IMG/VR virus record: IMGVR_UViG_3300018048_000033
Coordinates: 1-31,242 of that record
Strand: one strand, 5' to 3'
Origin: a virus
Lineage: Duplodnaviria > Caudoviricetes
Length of the DNA stretch: 31,242 nucleotides
The first letter of the stretch is position 1. Each line of letters begins with the position of its first letter. Positions 18,184-27,300 of this stretch are shown here, one piece after another. The notes below the pieces were generated by a model, which worked only from the letters and a program-made list of their open reading frames with translations, made no database searches and was not told where the DNA came from. Made by a program: the position numbers and the translations under genes.

Positions 18184-19351
18184 TCCCACAAGCGTAATCT
18201 GTTCCACGCCAGCGTGCTGTACCTTGACGTATCGGCACTAATTCAAGATTGAAGTCGCCGTCTCCTTCTTTGTAGTCAACAATGGCGATTCCTTGTTGCC
18301 AATCCTCGTGGCGCACAATAGGACGCCCATCAAGGTCAACACCGCCTTTAACGGAAGGTACAGCGCCGTCAATGCGTGCTAAGCAACCTGCCGAAGCAGC
18401 AAGGATTGTTCGTGGTCCGTCGTGGTCCTCACGTGTCATTTCCGCCCATTCACGACGGTGAATGTGACCGTAGATCACGCTGACTTTTTCTCTAGCCAAA
18501 AACTTGCTGGCGGTTACGCCGTTGCTGTTAACTCGGTCGCCGTGAATAACTCGCAGACGTTCGTTAATCCAAAACATTGACGCCGGATAACCAGCAAGGA
18601 ACTCAACACCGTAATCGTCAAACCGGCAAAGGAACGGAACGCTCATTACAGGCCAAGACTCAGGAAGGTTTCCACGACGCAAACCGAAAGCAGCAGCAGC
18701 ATTAGTGGCGATACTTCGTGGCAAGCGTTCCTCGTGATTGCCCGCAATCCAAACGATCTTGGCGTTCGGTGCTGCTGCACGTAGTTGTGCGCACAGTAAC
18801 GTCGCACGGTCAAGCGCTGCTTGTGTCGTACGTTGATACGGCGCAGTAGTTAAATACTTACCAAACTCCGGGAAGTCTAAGTTGTCGCCAACAAGAACAA
18901 GAACGTCGGGTTGAGCGTCCTTCGTTATTGCTAAGGCAACTTCTAGAGCAACCTCGTCGTGCGTCGGTTCAAGCGAATCATCAGCCAACCGAAAGTAACC
19001 GATCTGCATATCCGGCAACACAACGGCTGTTTTCCATTCGCCGGCTTTCTTTTTGCCGGTTGCTTTTACCGGCGGAAGTTTTATTGACGGACCTTGAGTA
19101 ATGACTGGCCACGCTGGACCATCTGCCCATTGCGGACTTAATTGAACGCCGACGAGGTCGTGTACTTCTGCTTCGCCTTCTTCATTCTTAGTGAGCGACT
19201 GGTAAAGCGAAACCCGTTTGACTATTCCGATCTCGTCAATGTTGATGCCGTTGCGATCAAGTAAGTCGGCGATACGACCTAACGCTTCACGCTTAGCGTT
19301 TGTAGATAAGGCTTGCGTGGGTTCGTTGTCTAGTTTCTTTTTAAGCGCCAT
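18176..19351 (-). CDS. Calcineurin-like metallophosphoesterase
   Basis: PDMQ, GDNLD, GNHE, HGD and GHIH motifs; start reassigned to ATG 19351 (TGATG overlap). Confidence 0.9.
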   Translation of the reverse strand: MALKKKLDNEPTQALSTNAKREALGRIADLLDRNGINIDEIGIVKRVSLYQSLTKNEEGEAEVHDLVGVQLSPQWADGPAWPVITQGPSIKLPPVKATGKKKAGEWKTAVVLPDMQIGYFRLADDSLEPTHDEVALEVALAITKDAQPDVLVLVGDNLDFPEFGKYLTTAPYQRTTQAALDRATLLCAQLRAAAPNAKIVWIAGNHEERLPRSIATNAAAAFGLRRGNLPESWPVMSVPFLCRFDDYGVEFLAGYPASMFWINERLRVIHGDRVNSNGVTASKFLAREKVSVIYGHIHRREWAEMTREDHDGPRTILAASAGCLARIDGAVPSVKGGVDLDGRPIVRHEDWQQGIAIVDYKEGDGDFNLELVPIRQGTARWRGTDYACGND

Positions 19352-19629
19352 CAGAAACCACACGCACAACGAAATGAAATATGTTTTTGAATGGTCAATG
19401 CGCTCACTTCGTAACCTTCCGATAGTAAAACTTTGTGCAACCAAATACAGTTGTAACCGCTTTGCCCATTAACTAAACCGGCGTCACGTTGGTTTCTAAT
19501 CTTTTGAATTGCGTCATCAAGCGCAACGAGTTCATCGCCGTCAAGACCGTTGCGAATCCGAGCAACCGAACAAAGCATTCCCCGCTTTTTTTTATTAGGC
19601 GAATCTGACAACGAATCTTTCAATGACAT
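19351..19629 (-). CDS. Small putative Zn-binding/HTH-like protein
   Basis: ATG 19629 after GGAG; C...TIQKH...CAC pattern; directly upstream of the phosphoesterase. Confidence 0.7.
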   Translation of the reverse strand: MSLKDSLSDSPNKKKRGMLCSVARIRNGLDGDELVALDDAIQKIRNQRDAGLVNGQSGYNCIWLHKVLLSEGYEVSALTIQKHISFRCACGF

Positions 19630-19776
19630 TGACACGCTCCGTTCTTTGATGACAGCGTACACAATACGAAGGCTTAATGGAAGCATTAAATAATGCGTCT
19701 AGTTTTTTTACGGAAAACACATCTCGCACTACCGCTATGGCGTATAGTTACCGTTACCGTCAATGAGGAGGAAACA

Positions 19777-20103
19777 ATGACGCAATTAGCATTTATTTTT
19801 GATGAGGCTTTGGAGGAATCTAAAGCACACGCCCGTTACCGAAAGTTTCACGAAGCGAATCCGCACGTGATTGAGACGTTGTCCGTGTTGGCCTTGCGCC
19901 TCAAAGATCGTGGCCACAAACACTACGGTATGCAAGCCTTGTTTGAAGTGTTGCGATACGAAACGGCGATGCGCACAAACGACCCTTCGTCACAGTTCAA
20001 ACTCAACAACGATTACGCAGCATTTTACGCACGGGACGTGATGCGCCGGTATCCGGAACTAGAAGGTTTTTTCTCTATTCGCCGTTCGGTTGCCGACGAA
20101 TGA
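19777..20103 (+). CDS. Conserved phage hypothetical protein
   Basis: ATG 19777 after GAGGAGG; FHEANPHV...FKLNNDY.AFYAR...GFF motif. Confidence 0.75.
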   Translation: MTQLAFIFDEALEESKAHARYRKFHEANPHVIETLSVLALRLKDRGHKHYGMQALFEVLRYETAMRTNDPSSQFKLNNDYAAFYARDVMRRYPELEGFFSIRRSVADE

Positions 20104-20110
20104 GCGCTTG

Positions 20111-20209
20111 CGAAATACGAGGTAGTAAGGCTTTTTTCTATAAGCCTTGCCTTAGCGGTTATGGGTTAGTAAACTCTTGATTGTGGGAATTAACGAAACA
20201 ACCAAGGAG
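20111..20209 (+). promoter_or_regulatory. Conserved promoter/leader, copy 2 (TTGCCT-17-TAAACT, SD AAGGAG)
   Basis: -35 at 20147-20152, -10 at 20170-20175; shares blocks with 10748-10847. Confidence 0.8.
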
Positions 20210-20215
20210 CAAAAA

Positions 20216-20881
20216 ATGAAAACAATCAAACTGCATTGCCCAGCAGCAGCAAGCGCTTTAAGTTTTACGACTGACGGCGAATCAACGACGTGCCTTATCA
20301 AGCACGGTTTGATTATCACCAACAAGGGAATTGAGTTCCCGAAGTACCTACTTGACTCGGTTATGTGGCGAGTCGGTATGGCTTGGGAAATACTTTTCTA
20401 TGAAGAACGCAAATATCAGAGCAGTGACGAGATCAACGAATTGAACGCACTCGGACGCTTAAAGGAAACGCTGAAGAAACTTGGTGGTGTTGAGAACTTT
20501 GAGTTTGACGAAAACGATAATTACACCGGTAAACAAATGGAGGAAACCGTGAACGAAACAGAAGTTGAAACAGAAAAGACGGTGATGGTTAGCCTGACGG
20601 CGGATATCGCTAAGAACGTCGTTGACTTTATTAACGCTTGCGACAATCAAAACGACAATGCCTTGAAAGCGCTCTTGACTGATTGGCAAGGCGGAAAGGT
20701 TCGCTTTGAATACGCTGAGGCTCAGCGCCTTGCAATCATCTTGAACTTGCTGGTCATTAACTACGCCGACGGCGGTATTGAAATGCTTAGCCCGAAAGCA
20801 CGGTTCGTTTACACTCGTGACGCCGTGACAAAGGCGCTTGCCAAAGCCGGCGTCATTAAAGACTTGGATTGGTGGAAGTGA
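20216..20881 (+). CDS. Hypothetical protein
   Basis: ATG 20216 after AAGGAG; possible internal start at GTG 20549. Confidence 0.7.
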   Translation: MKTIKLHCPAAASALSFTTDGESTTCLIKHGLIITNKGIEFPKYLLDSVMWRVGMAWEILFYEERKYQSSDEINELNALGRLKETLKKLGGVENFEFDENDNYTGKQMEETVNETEVETEKTVMVSLTADIAKNVVDFINACDNQNDNALKALLTDWQGGKVRFEYAEAQRLAIILNLLVINYADGGIEMLSPKARFVYTRDAVTKALAKAGVIKDLDWWK

Positions 20882-21192
20882 TGGAACTTGTTTTGCTGTT
20901 CGGTTCATACGCCGGCGTCATCATTGTGGCGTTCACGTTATGGCATATGGCCATCAAACCTTCAGGACCGAAATTCAAATGGACTCACTTCCCCGTTTAC
21001 GAACCTTGGGGACGTGAACTGTGGGGAGGTCAAGCGCCGTTCAATCCGAACCTCAGTGACGAGGAAGCGTTAATGGGTTGTGATTGGTGCGAGCGTTATG
21101 TAGCCGACGGAGATGGGCGCTACAGAGGCGAAGCCGGCGAATACAGGCTTTGCCCCATTTGTGAAATTACATACGACGAGGGAGGACGCTAG
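20881..21192 (+). CDS. Membrane-anchored protein with a CxxC...CxxC zinc ribbon
   Basis: N-terminal hydrophobic helix; CDWC and CPIC. Confidence 0.6.
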   Translation: MELVLLFGSYAGVIIVAFTLWHMAIKPSGPKFKWTHFPVYEPWGRELWGGQAPFNPNLSDEEALMGCDWCERYVADGDGRYRGEAGEYRLCPICEITYDEGGR

Positions 21193-21536
21193 TGGCCACT
21201 TGGCGAGAACGAGCGAACTGTAAAGGGATACCGACCAAGGTTTTCTTTCCGGCTCAAGGTGACTTTGAAACTTTGCGACGTGCGAAAGACTTATGCGCAA
21301 CCTGTCCGGTGATGCTTGACTGTTTAGAGGATTGCCTCAATGCGCCTCAAGAACACGACTGGCACGGGATATTCGCCGGCACTGGTCCACGCTCACGTCA
21401 CAAAATGCGAATGGAACGAAACAAGTTAGGTTCGGCGTACCGTGTTCAATTACCTAAGCGTGTGCCAACCAAGATTCAGTGGAGTCACGAAAAGCAAAAG
21501 TACATTACGGTCAAGATCAAACCGCTTGACGATTAG
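21192..21536 (+). CDS. whiB: WhiB-family Fe-S transcription factor
   Basis: W...ANC...FFP...AK.LC.TCPV...CL...GIFAG: four Cys plus a G(I/V)(W/F)xG turn; SD GGAGG. Confidence 0.9.
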   Translation: MATWRERANCKGIPTKVFFPAQGDFETLRRAKDLCATCPVMLDCLEDCLNAPQEHDWHGIFAGTGPRSRHKMRMERNKLGSAYRVQLPKRVPTKIQWSHEKQKYITVKIKPLDD

Positions 21537-22999
21537 TATTTTGATTCGTACGGCAAGTCGGCTTCAACACGCTTTGCTGAACCACCGATTGAGTATCCAC
21601 GAAGTTCGCCGGCTTTAACTAAGTCCCACGCCCAATCCTCCCAAACAACACCGAGGAACGGAGTGTCGGCAGGGAACGTGAACTTTGTTACGCCTTGATT
21701 CGGTACAGTCAATTCGGCTTCAATGGGAAATGGCCACGTCAACATTTCAACCATTTCGCCTGCCGGCTTTTCGCTGTGTTGCAAGTAAATGGTTCTGTCG
21801 CCTTTACGTACCCAATCCCACATTGCTTTTTGTAACGTCTCAGCGTCAGCGAATTCGCCGTGTGCATCCTCACGGTCAGGAATGTACGCCGGACCAAGTG
21901 TGTACCGGTATTCAACAGCCTTTGATACATAACCTTTGGTAAGGCTTGTAGCCATATCAAGTTTGGTGTCAATAGTAAACGAGTACGGGAAACTTAGTTT
22001 GTGTACCGCTTCAAGTTCGTCCTCAATAAGATCGTGAACAAGTTTGACGCCTTCAGTTACTTTGTCAACGGCGTGCGCAGCGTCGTGTAATTCAATCAAC
22101 GATTTAACGGTTGCCCGTTTCAATTCGTTTTCTGCGAAGCCTTCAATTTGAGCGAGTCGTTGATCTGCGAGATCGCTGCTTTCGTAGCAGCCGAACGCTC
22201 TGCCAGTCTGCGAGACGACGCAATACTGACCATCTTGTTCAACAATTGACCGCAGAACAGAAGTGTAACCGCTATTGCCGTCGCTAAGTACGCCTTCGTC
22301 CTCATCTATTTCTCCCAAAACTTTAAGCACTTCCGGCGCTTCAGCAATATCGCTGTCAGGGTTCACACGCTTCCACGCAGCAAGAACTTTGCTCTTAACG
22401 CCAGCCAAGTCGCCGGCAGGAATACGCACACGGTTGCCTCGGAAACCGCCAGCGCCTAACGCAGCAACGGCACGGCCAATTTGCGCAGCGCTTTCTTTAT
22501 CTGTTAAAGAATCCCACAAACGCAACTTCCACGTTGACGGCTTAGATTCATCAGGCACGTAAGCAAATGCTTCAGCCGGGAACGCTTCACCGCCTTCAGT
22601 TTTCATTGCTTTAGAAACGTCCTTAGTTACCGGTCCGCCAACGACCCAAGCGTCACACGTTCTTGACGCAGCACACTTAAAGTCCCACGCCTCGCAGTAA
22701 CCGAGTACGCCGGCTTTAATAGTTCCCCAAGCATCGTTACCGGTTTCGTTTCCTAAACCTTGCTCAATACAATCAAGCATCGCCGGCGTGCGAATAAACG
22801 CTGCGCAATTACCGCAACGCTGTTTCTTTGCTTCAGCCGGCGTAACGTCCCAACGGTCAGCCGACTCCGCCCAATATTCTGTATTGGCTTCATTCGGGTT
22901 TAACGGACCGTAATGCGCTGCTTCAATAGCGTGCTGGCGATTCTTTAAGTTTACGGCGATGTCGTGTGTTGCTGTGGGACAGGCTGCTTTAGCGTACAC
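21533..22999 (-). CDS. Multidomain prohead protease (C-terminal XkdF-like serine peptidase)
   Basis: C-terminus YTLGPAYIPD..DAHGE...LQH...WDLVKAGELRGYSIGG; N-terminal Cys-rich domain (CGNC..C..C..C); GTG 22999 after GAGG preferred. Confidence 0.85.
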   Translation of the reverse strand: MYAKAACPTATHDIAVNLKNRQHAIEAAHYGPLNPNEANTEYWAESADRWDVTPAEAKKQRCGNCAAFIRTPAMLDCIEQGLGNETGNDAWGTIKAGVLGYCEAWDFKCAASRTCDAWVVGGPVTKDVSKAMKTEGGEAFPAEAFAYVPDESKPSTWKLRLWDSLTDKESAAQIGRAVAALGAGGFRGNRVRIPAGDLAGVKSKVLAAWKRVNPDSDIAEAPEVLKVLGEIDEDEGVLSDGNSGYTSVLRSIVEQDGQYCVVSQTGRAFGCYESSDLADQRLAQIEGFAENELKRATVKSLIELHDAAHAVDKVTEGVKLVHDLIEDELEAVHKLSFPYSFTIDTKLDMATSLTKGYVSKAVEYRYTLGPAYIPDREDAHGEFADAETLQKAMWDWVRKGDRTIYLQHSEKPAGEMVEMLTWPFPIEAELTVPNQGVTKFTFPADTPFLGVVWEDWAWDLVKAGELRGYSIGGSAKRVEADLPYESKY

Positions 23000-23006
23000 G
23001 GTCACC

Positions 23007-23894
23007 TCAGGAAGTAAGCGACGCACTGAGTTGCCAATCCCACTTCATGTGAGCGTCAATGCGTTCAGCAATAAAGTTTGCGATGCCTTGTTCTTCATTT
23101 TCTTCAGCGACTTCAAAAAGCATTTTGAGCATACTGACGACCTTTGTGTTCTTGGCGAAGAGATCAGCAGCCAATTCGTAAGCGTCGCTAGTTTGCGAAT
23201 CGTCAGCGAACATTGCTGTGTTAACCATCTCCGTAAGGTTTAACGGACGACCTTTGATCTTGCGAATATTCTCCGCAAACGGGTCAACCGAACCGTACAC
23301 GTCGTCGTAGATATCAGCGAACAATGAATGGTATTGTAAGAAGTCTTGGCCGGTCACGTTCCAGTGAGCACGATGCGCCGAAGCGTAAAAAACCAATACG
23401 TTGGCAAGCATTTCTTGCATAGCCGTAACCAAGTCAACCGGCTGAGGTTCGTTTGCTGGCGGAGTCATCATCGGATACATCACCGTCACAGTATCAGACG
23501 TTGCGCCGGTTCGGTTAGCGCTTACGTAATCGTATTCCGCTTTAGAAAGTTTGCCATCTTCAATAAGTCGGTCACGTTCTTTCTCTGCCCAAGCCTTAGC
23601 ACGATCTTGATTCACGTTGCTAATGTCGCCTCCCCAAAGTAACCAAGCAACTTGGCCAGCAGTCGGTTTATCACTAGCGCCGTTCAGGTATGCCTTTGCG
23701 TCGGGGGACTTCAGATCGGACTCGTGACGAGCAAGCCAAGCAGCCATTCGCATAACTTTGTTCGGCGTCGCTGAACCGGAAGCGAGGTCACGTGCCTCGC
23801 TAATCGTTTGTGCTTTAAGCCCGTCGCCGGCGTACTCAAGTAACTTGATACCTTGACGAGCGTTGCTAGAAATATACGAAGGTACGGCAACCAC
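23007..23894 (-). CDS. dps: Fusion of a phage head-associated domain (AWLLWGG) and a Dps/ferritin-like domain
   Basis: HRAHWNVTGQDFLQYHSLF..IY...D.FAENIR and H.K..WQL are Dps signatures. Confidence 0.85.
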   Translation of the reverse strand: MVAVPSYISSNARQGIKLLEYAGDGLKAQTISEARDLASGSATPNKVMRMAAWLARHESDLKSPDAKAYLNGASDKPTAGQVAWLLWGGDISNVNQDRAKAWAEKERDRLIEDGKLSKAEYDYVSANRTGATSDTVTVMYPMMTPPANEPQPVDLVTAMQEMLANVLVFYASAHRAHWNVTGQDFLQYHSLFADIYDDVYGSVDPFAENIRKIKGRPLNLTEMVNTAMFADDSQTSDAYELAADLFAKNTKVVSMLKMLFEVAEENEEQGIANFIAERIDAHMKWDWQLSASLTS

Positions 23895-23900
23895 GCTTTA

Positions 23901-23909
23901 ACAATACCA
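23901..23909 (-). promoter_or_regulatory. Extended -10 (TGgTATTGT) giving a leaderless Dps-fusion transcript
   Basis: 6 nt between the hexamer and GTG 23894; no SD. Confidence 0.55.
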
Positions 23910-23933
23910 CGCTGACAGTTAACGCAATTGACG

Positions 23934-24353
23934 TCAGTTAATTTTTGCGTACAGTCGTATGTTTTCGTACGTCATTTTGCGTTCAGTACGATAAAGGTGC
24001 GTGCCGAGCGTATTGCTGTACCGTTCAAGTTCGTTATTGAACCATTCAACCGAATTGAAAGTTCTATTGTCGTTCTGCGCCATTAGGTTCATCTCAATAA
24101 TTTCTAGTTGCCACATCATCTTGGCTTGTTCACCTAAACCGCCGGCGCTTTTGAACGGCACGAAACCGGCAGCATTGTTATTTGACGCAAACAGGATTCC
24201 GAGTTTTTTGTTTTCTTTTTCGTATATTGCGCAATCGCAAGGGAAGTTGTCGGGTAGGGAAACAATTTCTTGTTTCGGTTCAAAGATAACGACAGCGCCT
24301 TCACTGAACTTTTCGTCAGCGGAATAAGGCTTATCTTGTTCAGTATTAGACAT
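23934..24353 (-). CDS. Candidate immunity protein for the MuF toxin
   Basis: 139-aa AT-rich ORF directly downstream of the ART domain, with its own putative promoter. Function inferred from position. Confidence 0.55.
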   Translation of the reverse strand: MSNTEQDKPYSADEKFSEGAVVIFEPKQEIVSLPDNFPCDCAIYEKENKKLGILFASNNNAAGFVPFKSAGGLGEQAKMMWQLEIIEMNLMAQNDNRTFNSVEWFNNELERYSNTLGTHLYRTERKMTYENIRLYAKIN

Positions 24354-24358
24354 AAGTA

Positions 24359-24367
24359 ATCATACCA
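24359..24367 (-). promoter_or_regulatory. Extended -10 (TGgTATGAT) giving a leaderless transcript of the candidate immunity gene
   Basis: 5 nt between the hexamer and ATG 24353; no SD. Confidence 0.6.
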
Positions 24368-24377
24368 TTAAATACGA

Positions 24378-27300
24378 TCAAGTAGGAACCGGTTTCTTAA
24401 CGTACTTAGGTATTGCGGTACTAGCAACATCGTCGGGGATCACTACGCCTTCGTAAATAGTCACGTTGTTTTCTACACGCTGGCCAGTAATAAGGATTCG
24501 GTATCCTCGGTCAATAAGCAGTTCTTCTTCTCGTGCGTGATGAGAAATTGGTTTAAGCCAAACGGCACGAGTACCGGCAGGAACACTCAACTCAAGAGTT
24601 TCGCCAGCAAAAACTCCGCTTGACTTTGCCGTCGTTGAAACGAAGTTGTCGTGGATAATGACTTTTCCGACAGCGTTTTTAAGTTTGACTTCTGAACCGT
24701 TTGCGTCTGTCCAACTTTGAGCACGACGCACAACCTTGACGTCCTCGGTCAGCACCGAATTGCTCATAGCAGCGTCAATCTTTTTAATCTTTCTTGAAAC
24801 AGAATCAGACTCAAGTACGTTATCTCTAAGCGACCTGTTGATCTCAACATAACCACTACCCGAATAACTCTTTAGAGCAACTTGCTGGTCAGCCGGTAAG
24901 CCCGAAACTTTGCTGCCGTATTGGTTATCAAAATACTGTTCACTGCGGAACTTGTATTCCCTAGCGAGCAACGTCGGGTCAATGCTCGCCGTCTCAGGTG
25001 TTTGTATCTTAATGGAAATACCGTTCTTCAATTTCCATGCGTCGGTTCCAACAAGCAGTTCCTCTTGCTTAGCCACCTTGGCTGCTAGATCATCAAGCCG
25101 TTTCATTAACGTCTCAACAAACTTTTCCGGCGTCATACCTTTCGGTAACTTGCCAGCCTTAAACGCTTCGTCGGCGTAATTTTTCCAAAGGTCAACGAAC
25201 GCTTTATGTTCGCCTGAGCCACGCTGCGTAATACCTTCAACACGCTTTAGTAGTAACTGAATCTTTCCGGACTCGGAAGGCTTAACAATGTTGACGCCTT
25301 TACCGGCAGTGAAGTCGTCCCAAAGTTTTTGATACGCCATCTTTGTGGAAGCGTTTTTGTTTGGATTGTAATGAGAACCGTTTTCTAAGAACTTCCATAA
25401 AGCATCAGCGTCATCGCCGGCATTTTTGCCGAGATGTTTGAACGCTTGCCCTTTGTCAATACCAATTGGCGTTATCGCCGAATCGCTACTGCTGCTTAAA
25501 CGAATGAATTGTTCGGTGTGCGAGTCGTAGTTGCCGATAATCCAGTCGGCTAATTGGTTTTGTTGCAACGCTTCAACTTGTTGCTCAGAAAGTTTCGTCG
25601 GGTCAAAAACGCCGGAGTTACCGAACGCCGGCTTCACGCTGTCAACACGACCGCCTTCGGACAACACTTTATGTAGCGAACCGGTTTGTCCGTTGATCGT
25701 AACGAGTTCAACTTCAGCGTGCGGTACGCCGAGCATTTCCATTGCGTTGTTTGTTGCTACTTCAAGTTCCGCTTGCCAACGCTCCTGCGGTTTGAATATG
25801 TATTGTTGACCTGTTGAGTCCGTATAGACACGCTTCGGGTTTTGGCCAGCCAATTTGGTTGACGCTTGTGCGTCTAGTTTCAAGCCACCTTTGATATCAG
25901 GAACGTCCCAAGGTCCAGTTGTTGTTTGAGTTGCCGGCGAAGGTATTGGTGTTACCGGTCCATCGGGCAGTTTGACGGTTACCTTCGGCGGACCTTTCTG
26001 TGGTTTCGGTGCTGTTGGCGCAGTCACGTTTACGGTTGCCAACGGGTCGTCAAACAGTTGAGGGTTGTTGCTGTAATGATCGCCGAGTTTGCGTAACGGC
26101 GTACCTTTGTTTGGCAAGAACTTAGCGCCGATAGAACCGTCGTCGGCTGCACGGAAAATGGTTCCATCTTTTTTGATGATGAACTTTTTGCCGTTGTTGT
26201 TTGTATAGCGAATAACGTCGCCGTCAACAATATGTTCCGGTAAGTCTTTAGTTGCTTTGACTTTGATTGGTCCGGTTGGTTTAACGGTTGGCGTAGTCGG
26301 CGCAGCAGCCGGCGTTGGCGTAACCGGCGCAACAGGAGTTTTAACTTGCGGCAATTCAATTACTGACGGTTTCAGTTGAACGGTTGTATTTGAAAAACCG
26401 TTCATCTCAAACTCAACAGCCAACTCGTCCCAATAATCCTCGTCAAGAGCGTCAACACCTTTAAGCCACGTGCCAGTTTCTTTATCAAAGTATGACCATT
26501 CCTGCGTGTTCTTATCCCAACGCCGGCTTTGATAGATACGATTATTTTTTATTGAGTTGACTTGATAGACGCCGGAGTTCGGACTGACTTCAATGAACTC
26601 AACGTCTATTCCTTCAAACGGAAGTTTGACAACATTCGTATTCGTTAACTGAACTGGCGCCACCGGTGTGATGGTTGGTTTGAGTAATTGTCCTGAAGTT
26701 TTTAGCGACTTCAATTTGTCAATTAGTTCTTTAGTGCCTCCGGGATAACCTCCTTCCATGTCAACAAAGTTGTTGATGGATTCTTGTTCAAACCAAGTTC
26801 CGGTTCGTTCGGAGTAACGGTATTTGAAACCTGTTTTTGTTTCATATTCCCAAATGCCTTCAGACAGTTGATACATCTGTTTCTGTTCGCCGTATGCGTC
26901 AATGATTGAAACGACTTGTTGGTCAGCCTTCGGTATTTTGCTGACGACGTTAATGTCAATAACCGGTTTGACTATGAACGGGTTGTCGGTTTCCTTAAGA
27001 TGTTCAATCAAAACTCCGAGTCCCGAACCTTTTGTGGGAACAATTTGTTCTGACATGAAACCGTCGTATCGGTACACTTTGCCTTCCGGCGTTATCAAGT
27101 AACTTGTTCCGGGTTGGAACGGGTCGTGTAGGTGAACATCGCCGTTTGGCCAATATTCGTGTTCCATTATTTTGCCGTTGGTAGGTACTTTGATTACACC
27201 TTCGGGTGGCGTGTTGACTTTTGGTTTAACAGGAGTGACATCAACGAACGCCGGCGGTTCAACAGTGAGCGTTGGGTTCGGGTGCTTAGTTAAAATGACG

